DNA from: Candidatus Bathyarchaeota archaeon
Lineage (GTDB): Archaea; Thermoproteota; Bathyarchaeia; Bathyarchaeales; Bathycorpusculaceae
Direction: 5' to 3'
Assembly (NCBI GenBank): GCA_963780185.1
Contig: CAWABA010000005.1
Coordinates: forward strand, 64,001 to 128,000
DNA length: 64,000 nt
Shown here: piece by piece, positions 1 to 10,198 of the stretch
Position numbering within the stretch: position 1 is the first letter of the stretch
Layout of the letters: each line of letters starts with the position of its first letter
Translations under genes and position numbers: made by a program
Notes under the pieces: generated by a model
The model's database searches: none
What the model was told of the DNA's origin: nothing
What the model saw: only the letters and a program-made list of their open reading frames with translations

Positions 1-977
1 TCTGCTGAAGTGCCCATTTTTGTTCCGACGCCGAAGGAATCAATCCGTGCGCCCTCCTTGAGCAGTTCTTCTATTCTGAATTCATCCAAATCGCCGCTGG
101 CAAAGATTTTCACGTCTTTTAAACCTTGGGCGTCAAGGAACTTTCGGATTTTCTTGCTATCTTTGGTTAAGTCGCCGCTGTCCAAGCGGACTCCGCCAAG
201 CCTGTAGCCTTTTGCTTCAAGTTCTTTGGCTACGACGGCGGCTTTTTCTGCGCCTGAGATGTCATCGTAGGTGTCTACGAGAAGCGTTGACTTGTTTGGG
301 AAAGTTTTGGTGAAGGCTCGAAACGCATCAATTTCCTTTGCGTATGACATGATGAATGAATGCGCCATGGTTCCGAAAACTGGAATGCCGTAGACCTGCC
401 CTGCTAAAACGTTGCTTGTTCCTTGGCAACCTGCGATGTAGCTGCTCCGAGCCACTTTCATCCCAGCGTCAACGCCCTGCTCTCTTCTCAGCCCAAACTC
501 GATTATCGGTTTGCCTTCGGCGGCATGCACTACCCGCGAGGCTTTGGTAGCTATCATGGTTTGTAGGTTGACTGTGTTTAGAAGGAAAGTTTCAACCAGC
601 TGCGCCTCAATTATCGGGGCAGTAACTCGAATTAGAGGTTCGTTGGGGAAAGCCAGTGAGCCTTCTGGCATAGCCCACACTTCACCTGTAAACCTGAAGC
701 CGCGCAGGTAATCCAGAAAATCCGCGTTGAAATCCTGCGTTTCAAGATAATCCAAGTGTTCTTTGTTGAACCTGATGTTTTGTAGGTACTGGAGACACTG
801 CTCTAAACCTGTGAAGAGGAAATAGGAGCGGTTTTCGGGTAGCCGCCTGATGAATAGGTCGAAGGTGGCTGGCTCAAAGTTTTTGTTGTCAAAATAGCTT
901 GCGCACATGGTTAACTCGTAAAAATCCGTGAACAAGCTCATGTTTTCCTCTTTTTGAAAGTTAAGAAAAGAGTTCAT
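1..977 (-). CDS. pncB: Nicotinate phosphoribosyltransferase, 3' end runs off the window (missing from the ORF track)
   Basis: Manual translation from ATG 977: MNSFLNFQKEENMSLFTDFYELTM...EFGLRR...GTSNV...GTMAHS...LVDTYD...VRLDSGD...FASGDLDE...FGVGT, all NAPRTase motifs. Confidence 0.93.
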   Translation of the reverse strand, partial: MNSFLNFQKEENMSLFTDFYELTMCASYFDNKNFEPATFDLFIRRLPENRSYFLFTGLEQCLQYLQNIRFNKEHLDYLETQDFNADFLDYLRGFRFTGEVWAMPEGSLAFPNEPLIRVTAPIIEAQLVETFLLNTVNLQTMIATKASRVVHAAEGKPIIEFGLRREQGVDAGMKVARSSYIAGCQGTSNVLAGQVYGIPVFGTMAHSFIMSYAKEIDAFRAFTKTFPNKSTLLVDTYDDISGAEKAAVVAKELEAKGYRLGGVRLDSGDLTKDSKKIRKFLDAQGLKDVKIFASGDLDEFRIEELLKEGARIDSFGVGTKMGTSA

Positions 978-1130
978 GCGTAAAGTAAGAAAGGGCTTGT
1001 GATTTAATTCTTTCTAAGCCACCCCATCTTTAGGAGAGCTGCCTCATCAGACGTTTCTGCGCTTGCACTGTTGGTGTTCTAACAAGTAGATTTAATAGCC
1101 TTTCAGGCAATGAACCCAATGTGATATCCT

Positions 1131-4001
1131 ATGCCGATGGTGTACCCGCTTAAAAGAGTCCTCCGCAACTGGAAACTCTTCACAGCACTCTTAATCGGTA
1201 TAGCGCTCGCATCCACGTTTTTCGCCTGCATAGACGTGAAGGCTAATTCCTCTGCTACGCAAACGTTGAACCAGCAACTCAAGAACATTAATGTAGACAT
1301 GCAGTTTAGCGCGAACCTCAATTTAACCGAAGTCAGCCAAACGCAGGGAAACATTTCAAGCATCAAAGGAGTCAGCAGCGTAGACGTCGTTTACAGGTTC
1401 AATTATCCAGTGAAAGACATGCAAACTAACTTCACTGACTATCCCCAGATAGCTTGCCTGCCCGATTCCTCCTCGATTCTTAACTATTGGACAAACAAGC
1501 CAGCTTACATCGGCGCAAACCAAACCTACGTTCTTGCCGGCACTCTGTTAGCATCCAAAGTTCACATTGGCGATAACATAACCACTGAACTTATGTTCCC
1601 GACACCTAATCAGGGGAACTGGACTACAATTTACCTCAATTTCACAGTTGCTGGCTTTGCGGATTTGACTCAAACGGGCTATCAACTTATTTCAGGAAAC
1701 ACATACATAACTTCTCCATATTCTCCCCCAACCTCCGTGCAGACCTACGAGTACCCTTCAGATTTGATGCTGTTCGGTTGGAACAGTACTCTTCTGCATT
1801 TTTGGTCAGGAATGGCCAACAGGACGGTTTCCACAAATTTTCTGATAAATATTAATCATGCCAAAATTATTAGCCCTTGGGACATCTCGGGCTCAATCAA
1901 TAATGTAAACGTAATCGCTAGTGACATACAAAATAAAGTACTTTCAAATTATCAAACAAACGCATATTTACAAAACAACCTTAATTACGCATTAGACAAC
2001 TTCAACACCAACTTCGGAAATACCCTCACCCAGTTTATTTTGTTCTCTATTCCTGTTATCTTCATTTCTTGGTATCTTGGCTCCACGGTTTCCGATGTTT
2101 CCTTCAACATGAGAAGACGCGAAATCGGGTTACTATCAACCAGAGGCCTCTCAAGCGGCCAAATCCAAAGGATGTTTCTCGGGGAAGCCATAACAATCGG
2201 CGTGGTCGGCGGCGCAGTCGGAGTTATCGGCGGTTTAGCCTTAAACCAAGTATTCAACGGCGGATTCAACCCGAATACGCTGTTTAACCCACAATCATTC
2301 AGCCCCTACACCATGGTTTTCACAGTTATCTTCGGCATGATTCTTGCTTTGCTATCTGTCTATCCTTCCGCGCGGAGAGCTTCCAAAATGCCAACTGTTG
2401 AGGCTCTCAGGGAATACTCGCCCAGTTGGGCTTTCCGAAGGTCCCTAAAAATACCCGCTTTGCTCGCGCTGATTCTTGGCTCTTACGCTCTAATCGTTGT
2501 CTTTTTCGGAAGCAGCGTCTCTTCATCATTGTCAAATGCAAGCTCCTCAGGGGAATACTTCGAGTCGCTTCTAATACAAGGCGTGATGATACTTAACGGA
2601 ATATTAACTTACGTTGGACCTTTGCTGTTCTTCTGGGGCTTAACAAAGCTCCTAATCCAAAACTCGGATGTCTTCCAAAAGTCTCTCTCCAAGATTTCGC
2701 GAGTCATGGGCGACTTCGGCGCCTTAGCAGCGAAAAACGTACGCAGAAGCCCAGCCCGCATCGCCGCCATAGCCTTCATAATTGCCTTAATCATCGGCTA
2801 CGGAGTTCAAGTAAATGGGCAAATTGCAAGCCAACAAAGCTATCTGGTTAGGCAGGTTAAGTACCAAGTCGGCGGCGACATTTCTATCGGTGTGGTGAAC
2901 GACACTAAAGCGACCCAGGTTCTGTCCGAAATCTTAGGCAACGTTTCAGGGATACAAAGTTCAACTATGCAATGTCAGCTCTCCCAAAATTACGCTGGCA
3001 CCACAATAAGAACAATCGATCCATCCAGCTGGCTTAAAACCGCCTATTACGAGAACGGCTGGTTCTCAGGTGCCAGCATGCAGCAAGCATTCACCGCGAT
3101 GGAAAACAACAACATGACCATCATTCTTGAACAGCGTGTTGCAGAGGAGTACAACCTCAAGGTAGGTGATACCATCGCAATAGATTTCACCTCGGGCGCC
3201 AGAACGCTTACCATCGTCGGCTTGTTTGGACCCAAAGTGTCAACCAATGAAATACAACCAATAACATATGGTGGAGCTGCAACCGGACAGGGAATGATAA
3301 TCACAGATTTATCCCCCTATCTGACCACCTGGTCATATGTGCCAAGAAACCTCTTCAACATGAGCAGCTCTTTTAGCGATGCCTACAAGGACGAAAACTT
3401 TGACACGACCATAATACTAAAGTTAGATCCTGGTGTTAACGGAACCGCAGTCGCAAACAAAATCAGAAACCTCGGTCTTGAAATTGAAGGGGTAACATCG
3501 TTCTCTGAGCAGTGGCAACAGATTCAGCAAGGGAGCAGCCAAACCGTGACAACCGAAAACGGTCTAAACCCAATTTACACAACTCAGGTTCTCGACTTCC
3601 AAAGCTTAGGAATCGCCTTCGCTATACTTTCAGCCTCTGTTGGTATGGTTCTCATAGCCATCGTGAGCTTAAGCGAAAGAAGCCGTGAAGCCACAATAAT
3701 GAGCGTGAGAGGCTTGTCGTATAGGCAGCTGGTTTGGATGTTTCTGGCTGAAAACTTGGCGGTGATAACTTTTGCGGTGCTTCTCGGGATAGGTGTTGGT
3801 TTAGTGATTGATTATGGCAACATAAACTCAGCTAACTCGGGAATAACCCAGCTTGTTGTTCCACACTTTGTTTATTCAACAGGCGCCATAGAAACATTGG
3901 TTTGGTATGTGGGTTTGATTTATGCTTCAACGGTTGGGGCAATATTGGTTATGTCAAGACGGTACGTGACTAAGCTGGAACGGATGGTTAGAATGAAATG
4001 A
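1131..4001 (+). CDS. FtsX/MacB-like ABC transporter permease
   Basis: 956 aa; two FtsX motifs (RRREIGLLSTRG; ERSREATIMSVRG), large extracellular loops; overlaps ATPase gene. Confidence 0.88.
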   Translation: MPMVYPLKRVLRNWKLFTALLIGIALASTFFACIDVKANSSATQTLNQQLKNINVDMQFSANLNLTEVSQTQGNISSIKGVSSVDVVYRFNYPVKDMQTNFTDYPQIACLPDSSSILNYWTNKPAYIGANQTYVLAGTLLASKVHIGDNITTELMFPTPNQGNWTTIYLNFTVAGFADLTQTGYQLISGNTYITSPYSPPTSVQTYEYPSDLMLFGWNSTLLHFWSGMANRTVSTNFLININHAKIISPWDISGSINNVNVIASDIQNKVLSNYQTNAYLQNNLNYALDNFNTNFGNTLTQFILFSIPVIFISWYLGSTVSDVSFNMRRREIGLLSTRGLSSGQIQRMFLGEAITIGVVGGAVGVIGGLALNQVFNGGFNPNTLFNPQSFSPYTMVFTVIFGMILALLSVYPSARRASKMPTVEALREYSPSWAFRRSLKIPALLALILGSYALIVVFFGSSVSSSLSNASSSGEYFESLLIQGVMILNGILTYVGPLLFFWGLTKLLIQNSDVFQKSLSKISRVMGDFGALAAKNVRRSPARIAAIAFIIALIIGYGVQVNGQIASQQSYLVRQVKYQVGGDISIGVVNDTKATQVLSEILGNVSGIQSSTMQCQLSQNYAGTTIRTIDPSSWLKTAYYENGWFSGASMQQAFTAMENNNMTIILEQRVAEEYNLKVGDTIAIDFTSGARTLTIVGLFGPKVSTNEIQPITYGGAATGQGMIITDLSPYLTTWSYVPRNLFNMSSSFSDAYKDENFDTTIILKLDPGVNGTAVANKIRNLGLEIEGVTSFSEQWQQIQQGSSQTVTTENGLNPIYTTQVLDFQSLGIAFAILSASVGMVLIAIVSLSERSREATIMSVRGLSYRQLVWMFLAENLAVITFAVLLGIGVGLVIDYGNINSANSGITQLVVPHFVYSTGAIETLVWYVGLIYASTVGAILVMSRRYVTKLERMVRMK

Positions 4002-4897
4002 GCGGCGGATTAGACATCAAAATAAGAAACCTCGTAAAAGTCCATCAGACAGGCAAAATCGAAGTCCAAGCCCTACGTGGACTAAACCTCGACATCTCGT
4101 CAGGGGAACTAGTTTCCATCATAGGTCCAAGCGGAAGCGGAAAAACCACGCTGCTAAACATCATCGGCGGCTTAGACAAAGCCACAGCAGGCACAGTTCA
4201 AGTCGGGAACAGCACCGTCACCGCCCTATCCGTCAGCCAACTTGTCGATTACCGAAGAAAAATAGTGGGGCACATTTTCCAAAACCTCAACTTAATCCCA
4301 ACTTTGTCCGCGAAGGAAAACGTAGAGTTTTCAATGATTGCGTCGGGTTCTCCGCGTACAAAAAGGAAGGAACGGGTGCAGGAGCTGCTTGGCACAGTGG
4401 GGTTGCTGGACAGGGCAGACCATAAGCCTGAAGAGTTAAGCGGCGGCGAGCAGCAAAGAATAGCGATTGCGGCTGCATTGGCAAACAATGCGCCGATCCT
4501 TTTGGCGGATGAGCCGACGGGAGAGTTGGATACGCAGAACGCAAGAATTGTGGTTGAGTATCTCGTTAAGATTAACCGTGAACTGGGCAAAACTATTCTG
4601 ATGGTTACTCATGACCCGAGCGTTGCGAGGGCTTCTAGCCGAATCCTTCGAATTGAAGACGGCTTGATAAAAACGGCGTTAGCGCCCTCAGAGGTCATCG
4701 TTAACGAGAAAGCGCACTCGTATGTGGACCAGCTTAAGGCGAGAATCGTCGAGATAAACACGGAACTAGACCAGTTAGACAGCGACTTCAAAACGGATAA
4801 AATCAGCGGCGATGACTATGTGCAAAAAAGGCAAACCCTAAAGAACGTAAAGGACAGCCTCAAGGAAGAACTCTCAAGGATGGGCGTCATCCCGTAA
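3998..4897 (+). CDS. LolD/MacB-type ABC ATP-binding protein with C-terminal coiled coil
   Basis: GPSGSGKTT, LSGGEQQR, LLADEPTG, VTHD. Confidence 0.93.
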   Translation: MSGGLDIKIRNLVKVHQTGKIEVQALRGLNLDISSGELVSIIGPSGSGKTTLLNIIGGLDKATAGTVQVGNSTVTALSVSQLVDYRRKIVGHIFQNLNLIPTLSAKENVEFSMIASGSPRTKRKERVQELLGTVGLLDRADHKPEELSGGEQQRIAIAAALANNAPILLADEPTGELDTQNARIVVEYLVKINRELGKTILMVTHDPSVARASSRILRIEDGLIKTALAPSEVIVNEKAHSYVDQLKARIVEINTELDQLDSDFKTDKISGDDYVQKRQTLKNVKDSLKEELSRMGVIP

Positions 4898-4913
4898 CTG
4901 CATCGGGCTGCGC

Positions 4914-5005
4914 GTTGTTGATGATGATGATGAAGATGATGACACTAGCGTTTCCACGCAAGCCTCAACGTATAAGGTAACTTAACATTGGGTTGTTGAT
5001 GATGA
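4914..5005. repeat. Intergenic GTTGTT(GAT)n microsatellite, two copies
   Basis: GTTGTTGATGATGATGATGAAGATGATGA at 4914-4942 and GTTGTTGATGATGA at 4992-5005. Confidence 0.7.
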
Positions 5006-5062
5006 GCATTTTCCTTCTTTTCCAAATTCTTAACCTGTAGCTACCCATCCTACATAATCAAT

Positions 5063-5911
5063 CTACAAGCCGAGAACTAAGTATATCACGCCGCTAGCAA
5101 TCGCTATTGCTCCAAGCGCCGCCGTCAAGTAAGTGATTTTTTGTTTCCCAGCAAATTTGATTAGAAAATCGATGAGAAACAGGCTGATTATGAATGACGT
5201 GATGATTGCTACAACTAAGCCAGTTACCCCTATCCCGGCTATAGACGCAGAAACATTTGATTTGCTGGCGACCAAGGTTAACCCGAAAGCTCCCAAGGCA
5301 GCGAAAATTCCAGCGGTGAAGGACAACCTGAACGCCTCGTCGGGTTCAATGCCTAGAAGAAGCATGGCGCTGGTTGTGATGCCTGACCTGCTAACGCCAG
5401 GCAACGCAGAAATGCCTTGCGTTATTCCTATTACAATGTAGTCTTTTATGCTGAGGTTTTCCAGTTTCCGTGGCGCTAACCCATTTGTCTGTCTTTTCTT
5501 TGAGTACCTTATGAGCACCGCGTCCCCGATGAGGACTAAGCCTATTATCAGCATGGGGATACCTACCGCTATTCCCTTTATTGAATCGGCGATGAGATAC
5601 AGTGGAGCGGCAATCACGGCGGTAATTACTGTGACGATGAGAACGTAAAAGAAAAGTTTGCGTTTCATGGCATCTTTCGAGCCCGCCAAAACCTGCACAA
5701 GCTTAACCACGTCTTTTCTGAAGTAAATTACGGCGGCGGCCAACGTGCCTATCTCCATGAACAAGCCGAAAGTGTATGCTTGATCAAAAGTCAACTTGAG
5801 AAGAAACTGTGACGAGACAATTATCTGTGTTTTGCTGCTTACCGGAAGCCACTCTGAAACGCCCTGAATTATGCCTATTATTACCGAGTAGATTAGCTGG
5901 ATAAGAGTCAT
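5063..5911 (-). CDS. uppP: Undecaprenyl/polyprenyl-diphosphate phosphatase (BacA family)
   Basis: GIIQGVSEWLPVSS and ALPGVSRSG signature motifs; multi-pass membrane protein. Confidence 0.9.
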   Translation of the reverse strand: MTLIQLIYSVIIGIIQGVSEWLPVSSKTQIIVSSQFLLKLTFDQAYTFGLFMEIGTLAAAVIYFRKDVVKLVQVLAGSKDAMKRKLFFYVLIVTVITAVIAAPLYLIADSIKGIAVGIPMLIIGLVLIGDAVLIRYSKKRQTNGLAPRKLENLSIKDYIVIGITQGISALPGVSRSGITTSAMLLLGIEPDEAFRLSFTAGIFAALGAFGLTLVASKSNVSASIAGIGVTGLVVAIITSFIISLFLIDFLIKFAGKQKITYLTAALGAIAIASGVIYLVLGL

Positions 5912-6322
5912 AGGTGTTCAGCTTAGAAATTGAGAATGGGTGCTCGCTTGCATAAAAGTTTTGAGGTTAAACAACGCCGTCAACGGTTTTCAGATTCGAC
6001 GTTTCCGTCTTCACTTCAACATCCAATCCTTCTTGAATCTGTCTTTTTCGCGGCGTTTAATGGCGAGAAAGCCATTTCCGCGGTTATTTAACATGCAGAA
6101 GCAACCATTTCATATTGAAAGTTGCCAAATCAAATCCATGTTAAACCATGTTGAATCCTATTTGGATCCTAATTGAGGCATCTAGTAGACCGGGCGGTAG
6201 ATGTTGCATTCAAACACAAACAGGGCGCGGTGCTTTTTTGCGTCTATTTAGCTCTTCTAGAGGTCCCTATTTGGTTCATCTAGAAAACCGTAGGGTAGGC
6301 GGGACGAAAAAAGAAAAAACTG

Positions 6323-7528
6323 TCAGAGCATTGATAGTACTCCGTAGACTCCGATTAGTCCTCCTACAACCACTATTAGCGAGGCTATCCAGAAGGCGAC
6401 CTTCTCGAATTTCTTGTATTGGTTCCCATTCATCACTTCTTTTTTGGTCACCAATCTGCCGAGGAAATACAGCGAGGGTATGAGCACCAGCGGAAATATG
6501 AACATCATGTTAAGCATCAACTGGATATAACCGCTTACAACCGCCACAATTAGCAATGCGGGAACAGCTTCCAAAGCGTATATTTCGAGAAAGTTGATTC
6601 TTGATTTGGGTCCAGATGCACGCCCAGTTGCTTCTAAAACACCCCAAGCTGAGCCCAGCGAAACCACCACGAGGGCTAAGAAGCCTGCGAAAATGAATCC
6701 TACGCCCATTATGGGTTTAGCGTAAACGCCGAAGACGGGCAAAGCTTTGGTTAATTCGCTGACGTTGATTAGTTTATCTCCGCTGAACACGTTTAGCCCA
6801 ACCACAACAAGTATGATCATGAGGATTTCGGAAACTACGGCACCGATTAAAGTTTCCAAACGTTCGTTTTTGAGGTCTTTAACCTGTTTGTGTCTTCGAG
6901 AATCGGCTCCTGAATGGAAATACAGCATCCATGGCATGATGACTGCGCCTACGCTGGCTGCAAGCAAATAAGCGAACGATGGGTCCCCATACGGTTGCAG
7001 AGGCGAAAGTCCCAGAGAAACAAACGACCCGAAGTTGACGTGGAAGACAAAGGTCGAACTGATAATTGCAATCATGAGCAGGAAGCTTACAGGTATGAGC
7101 ACTTTTTCTGCCTGATGATACTGGCGCCCAAAAATGATCATCGTGTGAATCCCAAACACTATGATAAGCCCCAAGATTACTGGGAAGCCAATTAGGCTAA
7201 AACCGATTGCCATACCCGCGTACTGAGCAATGTACTCCAGAAAATCGGCTAAGCCCATCGGGATCGCTGCCATTATGGCGGCTTTTTTGCCAAAGTTGTT
7301 TCTTATTTGTTCTCCTAGTCCTTTGCCTGAGGCGATTCCTAGGCGTCCCGCGGCGTCCTGTATTATGAAGAGGGGGAAAATGAGGATGATGAGTATGAAT
7401 ATCATTCTGTAGCCCCAGGCTGCGCCTGCTTGGAGCCCGGTGACGATGGAGGCGACATCTACGTCTGCTATCATTACAATCCATGCTGGTCCGAAGTTCT
7501 TGAGCCAGTCGCTTACCTTTTGATTCAC
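6323..7528 (-). CDS. mntH: NRAMP-family divalent metal transporter
   Basis: FGPAWIVMIADVD, GAVIMPWMLYFHSG; about 11 hydrophobic segments; divergent from DtxR-family regulator. Confidence 0.85.
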   Translation of the reverse strand: MNQKVSDWLKNFGPAWIVMIADVDVASIVTGLQAGAAWGYRMIFILIILIFPLFIIQDAAGRLGIASGKGLGEQIRNNFGKKAAIMAAIPMGLADFLEYIAQYAGMAIGFSLIGFPVILGLIIVFGIHTMIIFGRQYHQAEKVLIPVSFLLMIAIISSTFVFHVNFGSFVSLGLSPLQPYGDPSFAYLLAASVGAVIMPWMLYFHSGADSRRHKQVKDLKNERLETLIGAVVSEILMIILVVVGLNVFSGDKLINVSELTKALPVFGVYAKPIMGVGFIFAGFLALVVVSLGSAWGVLEATGRASGPKSRINFLEIYALEAVPALLIVAVVSGYIQLMLNMMFIFPLVLIPSLYFLGRLVTKKEVMNGNQYKKFEKVAFWIASLIVVVGGLIGVYGVLSML

Positions 7529-7541
7529 TCTCTCGCCTCAC

Positions 7542-7592
7542 TTAGGTGTACCTAAGTCGCGCACTAGAATATTAATATTTAGGCATGCCTAA
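7542..7592. promoter_or_regulatory. Two DtxR/MntR-type palindromic operators flanking an AT-rich (TATA-like) core
   Basis: TTAGGTGTACCTAA 7542-7555, TTAGGCATGCCTAA 7579-7592, AATATTAATATT between them. Confidence 0.85.
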
Positions 7593-7642
7593 GTCGCTAG
7601 CTCCAACAGAACACCCAGAAAATAGACAAAGTCAAAACTTAT

Positions 7643-8089
7643 ATGACAAACAACAATACTCTACTATTGACGCAAATGGGCATCTCTGAAAGCGTAGAAG
7701 AATATTTAGAAACACTCTGGAAGTCAGAAGAACACGGAGAAAAAATCACGCACCTGACTTGGATAGCTGACCATCTGGGCATAGCGGCACCAAGTGCGTT
7801 GGAAATGCTCAAAAAACTCGAAAAAGAAGGACTCGTAAATTACAAGATACGAAAAGGCATCGAGCTAACCGCTAAGGGGCGAAAAATAGCTAGAAGAATT
7901 GTTCGGGCTCACAGGTTAACTGAAGTTTTGATGAAGGAAACTTTGAAGACTGATGTTCGGGAAGAAACGGTTTGCGGCATGGAGCACCATATGGATGAAA
8001 AGTTCATGGATGCCCTCTGCACGCTGCTGAATCATCCGACGACGTGCCCGCATGGGCGTCCAATTCCCAAAGGCAAATGCTGCCCATGA
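7643..8089 (+). CDS. DtxR/MntR-family metal-dependent transcriptional regulator (no SH3 domain)
   Basis: SVEEYLETLW, HRLTE, CGMEH, HPTTCPHGRPIP. Confidence 0.92.
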   Translation: MTNNNTLLLTQMGISESVEEYLETLWKSEEHGEKITHLTWIADHLGIAAPSALEMLKKLEKEGLVNYKIRKGIELTAKGRKIARRIVRAHRLTEVLMKETLKTDVREETVCGMEHHMDEKFMDALCTLLNHPTTCPHGRPIPKGKCCP

Positions 8090-8146
8090 CAGGCTCTTGT
8101 CTGCTTGACTGGTGGCTTCGTTATTTTAGGTGTCGGTGCTTCCATC

Positions 8147-8911
8147 TCAGCTGGTTACTTTCTTGAACTGGTAGAGCGTGGCTGCGAACGTAACAATCGC
8201 TATCAACCCGATTATGGCGTAAGCAGAGGCAAACGTTCCCCAAGTTAGCCCTCCCCGTATCAAATCCCTTGTAACGTTGGAAGCATAACTCAACGGGTTA
8301 TATTTGGAGACTGTCTGCGCCCACGCTGGCATAATGGATGTTGGGAAAAGAGCGCTGCTAATGAATAGAAGCGGAAAAGCCAAAAGATTGCCGACTGCAG
8401 ATACGGTTTCCCCCTTTCTTGTCTTCAACCCGATGGAAAGCAAGAGTCCCAACCAGGCTAAATCAAAAAAGGCAAGAGTCACAAAAATAAGCAGAAGCCC
8501 AGGGACGCCCGTTGCGATGCTTAAGCCAAGCAACAATGCTACCCCAATTATTATGCCTGACTGAATCATCATCACGAGCAAGTCGCTCATCAAACGGCCA
8601 AGCAAGATTGCTGCTCTGCTCGCAGGAGTAAGTAGCATTTTTTGAAGAAAACCCGAGTTTATGTCATTGACAATCGACATGCCTGACAGAAACGAGCCCG
8701 TTACGGCATTCAATATTAGGATTCCTGGAGTAAGGTACGTAAGATAACTGCCGGAAGTTCCAGGCAGAGTGGTAAGCTTCTGGAGTAACTGGGAAAAGAG
8801 AAGCAGAAACAGCAACGGCGTGAACAGGTTGACAAACAGCAGAGTTGGGTTCCGCACTATTTTCGTTAAGGCTCTGTTGAAAATGGATTGGGTGTCATAA
8901 AACAGCGTCAT
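8147..8911 (-). CDS. ABC-2 type exporter permease (DrrB-like)
   Basis: YLTPGIL, FISSALFP, NPLSY; six TM segments. Confidence 0.88.
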   Translation of the reverse strand: MTLFYDTQSIFNRALTKIVRNPTLLFVNLFTPLLFLLLFSQLLQKLTTLPGTSGSYLTYLTPGILILNAVTGSFLSGMSIVNDINSGFLQKMLLTPASRAAILLGRLMSDLLVMMIQSGIIIGVALLLGLSIATGVPGLLLIFVTLAFFDLAWLGLLLSIGLKTRKGETVSAVGNLLAFPLLFISSALFPTSIMPAWAQTVSKYNPLSYASNVTRDLIRGGLTWGTFASAYAIIGLIAIVTFAATLYQFKKVTS

Positions 8912-9929
8912 CTGTCATCGCCTCACATGAGAAATGGCTCCGTGGTTTTGCGGACCACTCTTCTGGCCTTATTCTTCGTCCAGTGTGATGCAGAAAAACG
9001 TCATCCAAAGTAGGGGAAGACATGTTCAAGGACGATGGCCGCAAGTTGTTTCGGTCCAGCGACGCAATCACATCAGCTATAACCTCATTGGCGCTCTTCG
9101 CGTGGATGACAATACCGCCGTCTGAATCAGCAACACCTGCTACTCCTTGGATTCCTTGCAAAACCCTTTTTGTTTCGGACCTTAATTGAGCGTCCTGCGG
9201 GTTCTTGAGCGAAAGCGTTATTGTGTCGTGCCCTATCGCTTGTTTGAGTTCCGCTGGGGAACCACCCGTAACAATGTTGCCGTGGTCAATGATGGAGAGT
9301 TGCCGACAGAGTCTATCAGCCTCCTCCAAGTACTGAGTGGTCAAAAATATTGTGATGCCCTCTTCCCTGTTTAGTTCATCCAAGTAATCCCATATCGACG
9401 CCCGAGACTGAGGATCAAGACCTGTTGTCGGCTCGTCGAGGAAAAGCAATTTTGGCTTATGGATCAAGGCAGAGGCGAGGTCAAGCCTTTTTTTCATACC
9501 TCCAGAATACATCCCAGCCTGCTTGTTCGCGAACTCCTCTAACTGCACCATTTTGAGCAACTCTTCTACGCGGCCCTCGAGAGCCTTTCCGTGCATCTGC
9601 TCAAGCCGCCCTTGAAGCCGAAGGTTCTCTTTACCTGTCAGATCCACATCCACAGTTGTTTCTTGGGTTAGGACGCCGATGATTTTACGAATTTCCTTCG
9701 GGGATTTGTCTAAATCGTAACCAGCAACGGATACTTTTCCTGTAGTTTTTTTGAGAAGCGTGGTTAGGATTTTGATGGTTGTGCTCTTTCCCGCGCCATT
9801 GGGTCCTATGAACCCGAAAAACTCTCCCTCTTGTACCTTGAAAGAGATTCCGTTAAGTGCTTTTGTGCCGTCAGAATATACTTCTACAAGGTTTTCGACC
9901 GAGATTATGTCTGGCTTTTGATTTTTCAT
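8895..9929 (-). CDS. ABC-2 type exporter ATP-binding protein (DrrA-like)
   Basis: GPNGAGKST, YSGGMKKRL, FLDEPTTGLDP, PTLDDVFL. Confidence 0.92.
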   Translation of the reverse strand: MKNQKPDIISVENLVEVYSDGTKALNGISFKVQEGEFFGFIGPNGAGKSTTIKILTTLLKKTTGKVSVAGYDLDKSPKEIRKIIGVLTQETTVDVDLTGKENLRLQGRLEQMHGKALEGRVEELLKMVQLEEFANKQAGMYSGGMKKRLDLASALIHKPKLLFLDEPTTGLDPQSRASIWDYLDELNREEGITIFLTTQYLEEADRLCRQLSIIDHGNIVTGGSPAELKQAIGHDTITLSLKNPQDAQLRSETKRVLQGIQGVAGVADSDGGIVIHAKSANEVIADVIASLDRNNLRPSSLNMSSPTLDDVFLHHTGRRIRPEEWSAKPRSHFSCEAMTDDAVL

Positions 9930-9954
9930 TTTTCGTGCCTTCTTTTTGGGCTGT

Positions 9955-10031
9955 TTAGGTATGCCTAATTAGGTTAGCCTAAGTGAATACGGCTTAGCGG
10001 GCGCCGCATATAAACATTTAGGTGCACCTAA
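9955..10031. promoter_or_regulatory. Three DtxR/MntR-type operators around the TATA box of the ABC-2 operon
   Basis: TTAGGTATGCCTAA 9955-9968, TTAGGTTAGCCTAA 9969-9982, TTAGGTGCACCTAA 10018-10031; minus-strand TTTATATG at 10007-10014. Confidence 0.85.
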
Positions 10032-10198
10032 GTTGTGAAAACCTGCAAAACAAGCCGATTTTTCATTTACCATTTGGTTTTGAGCCGAAGACCTAAAGAA
10101 GCGGCAAAAAGCAATGACCCGTTTTAACCTTTAAACCCTTTTTTTGTTGCGAATCCTTTTTGTCTTCCCGCCTCGCATAGGTTTCCGTAGGGAAGATT

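Noticed and set aside
10-711. Plus-strand ORFs 10-207, 356-550, 511-711
   Set aside because: Antisense shadows of pncB.
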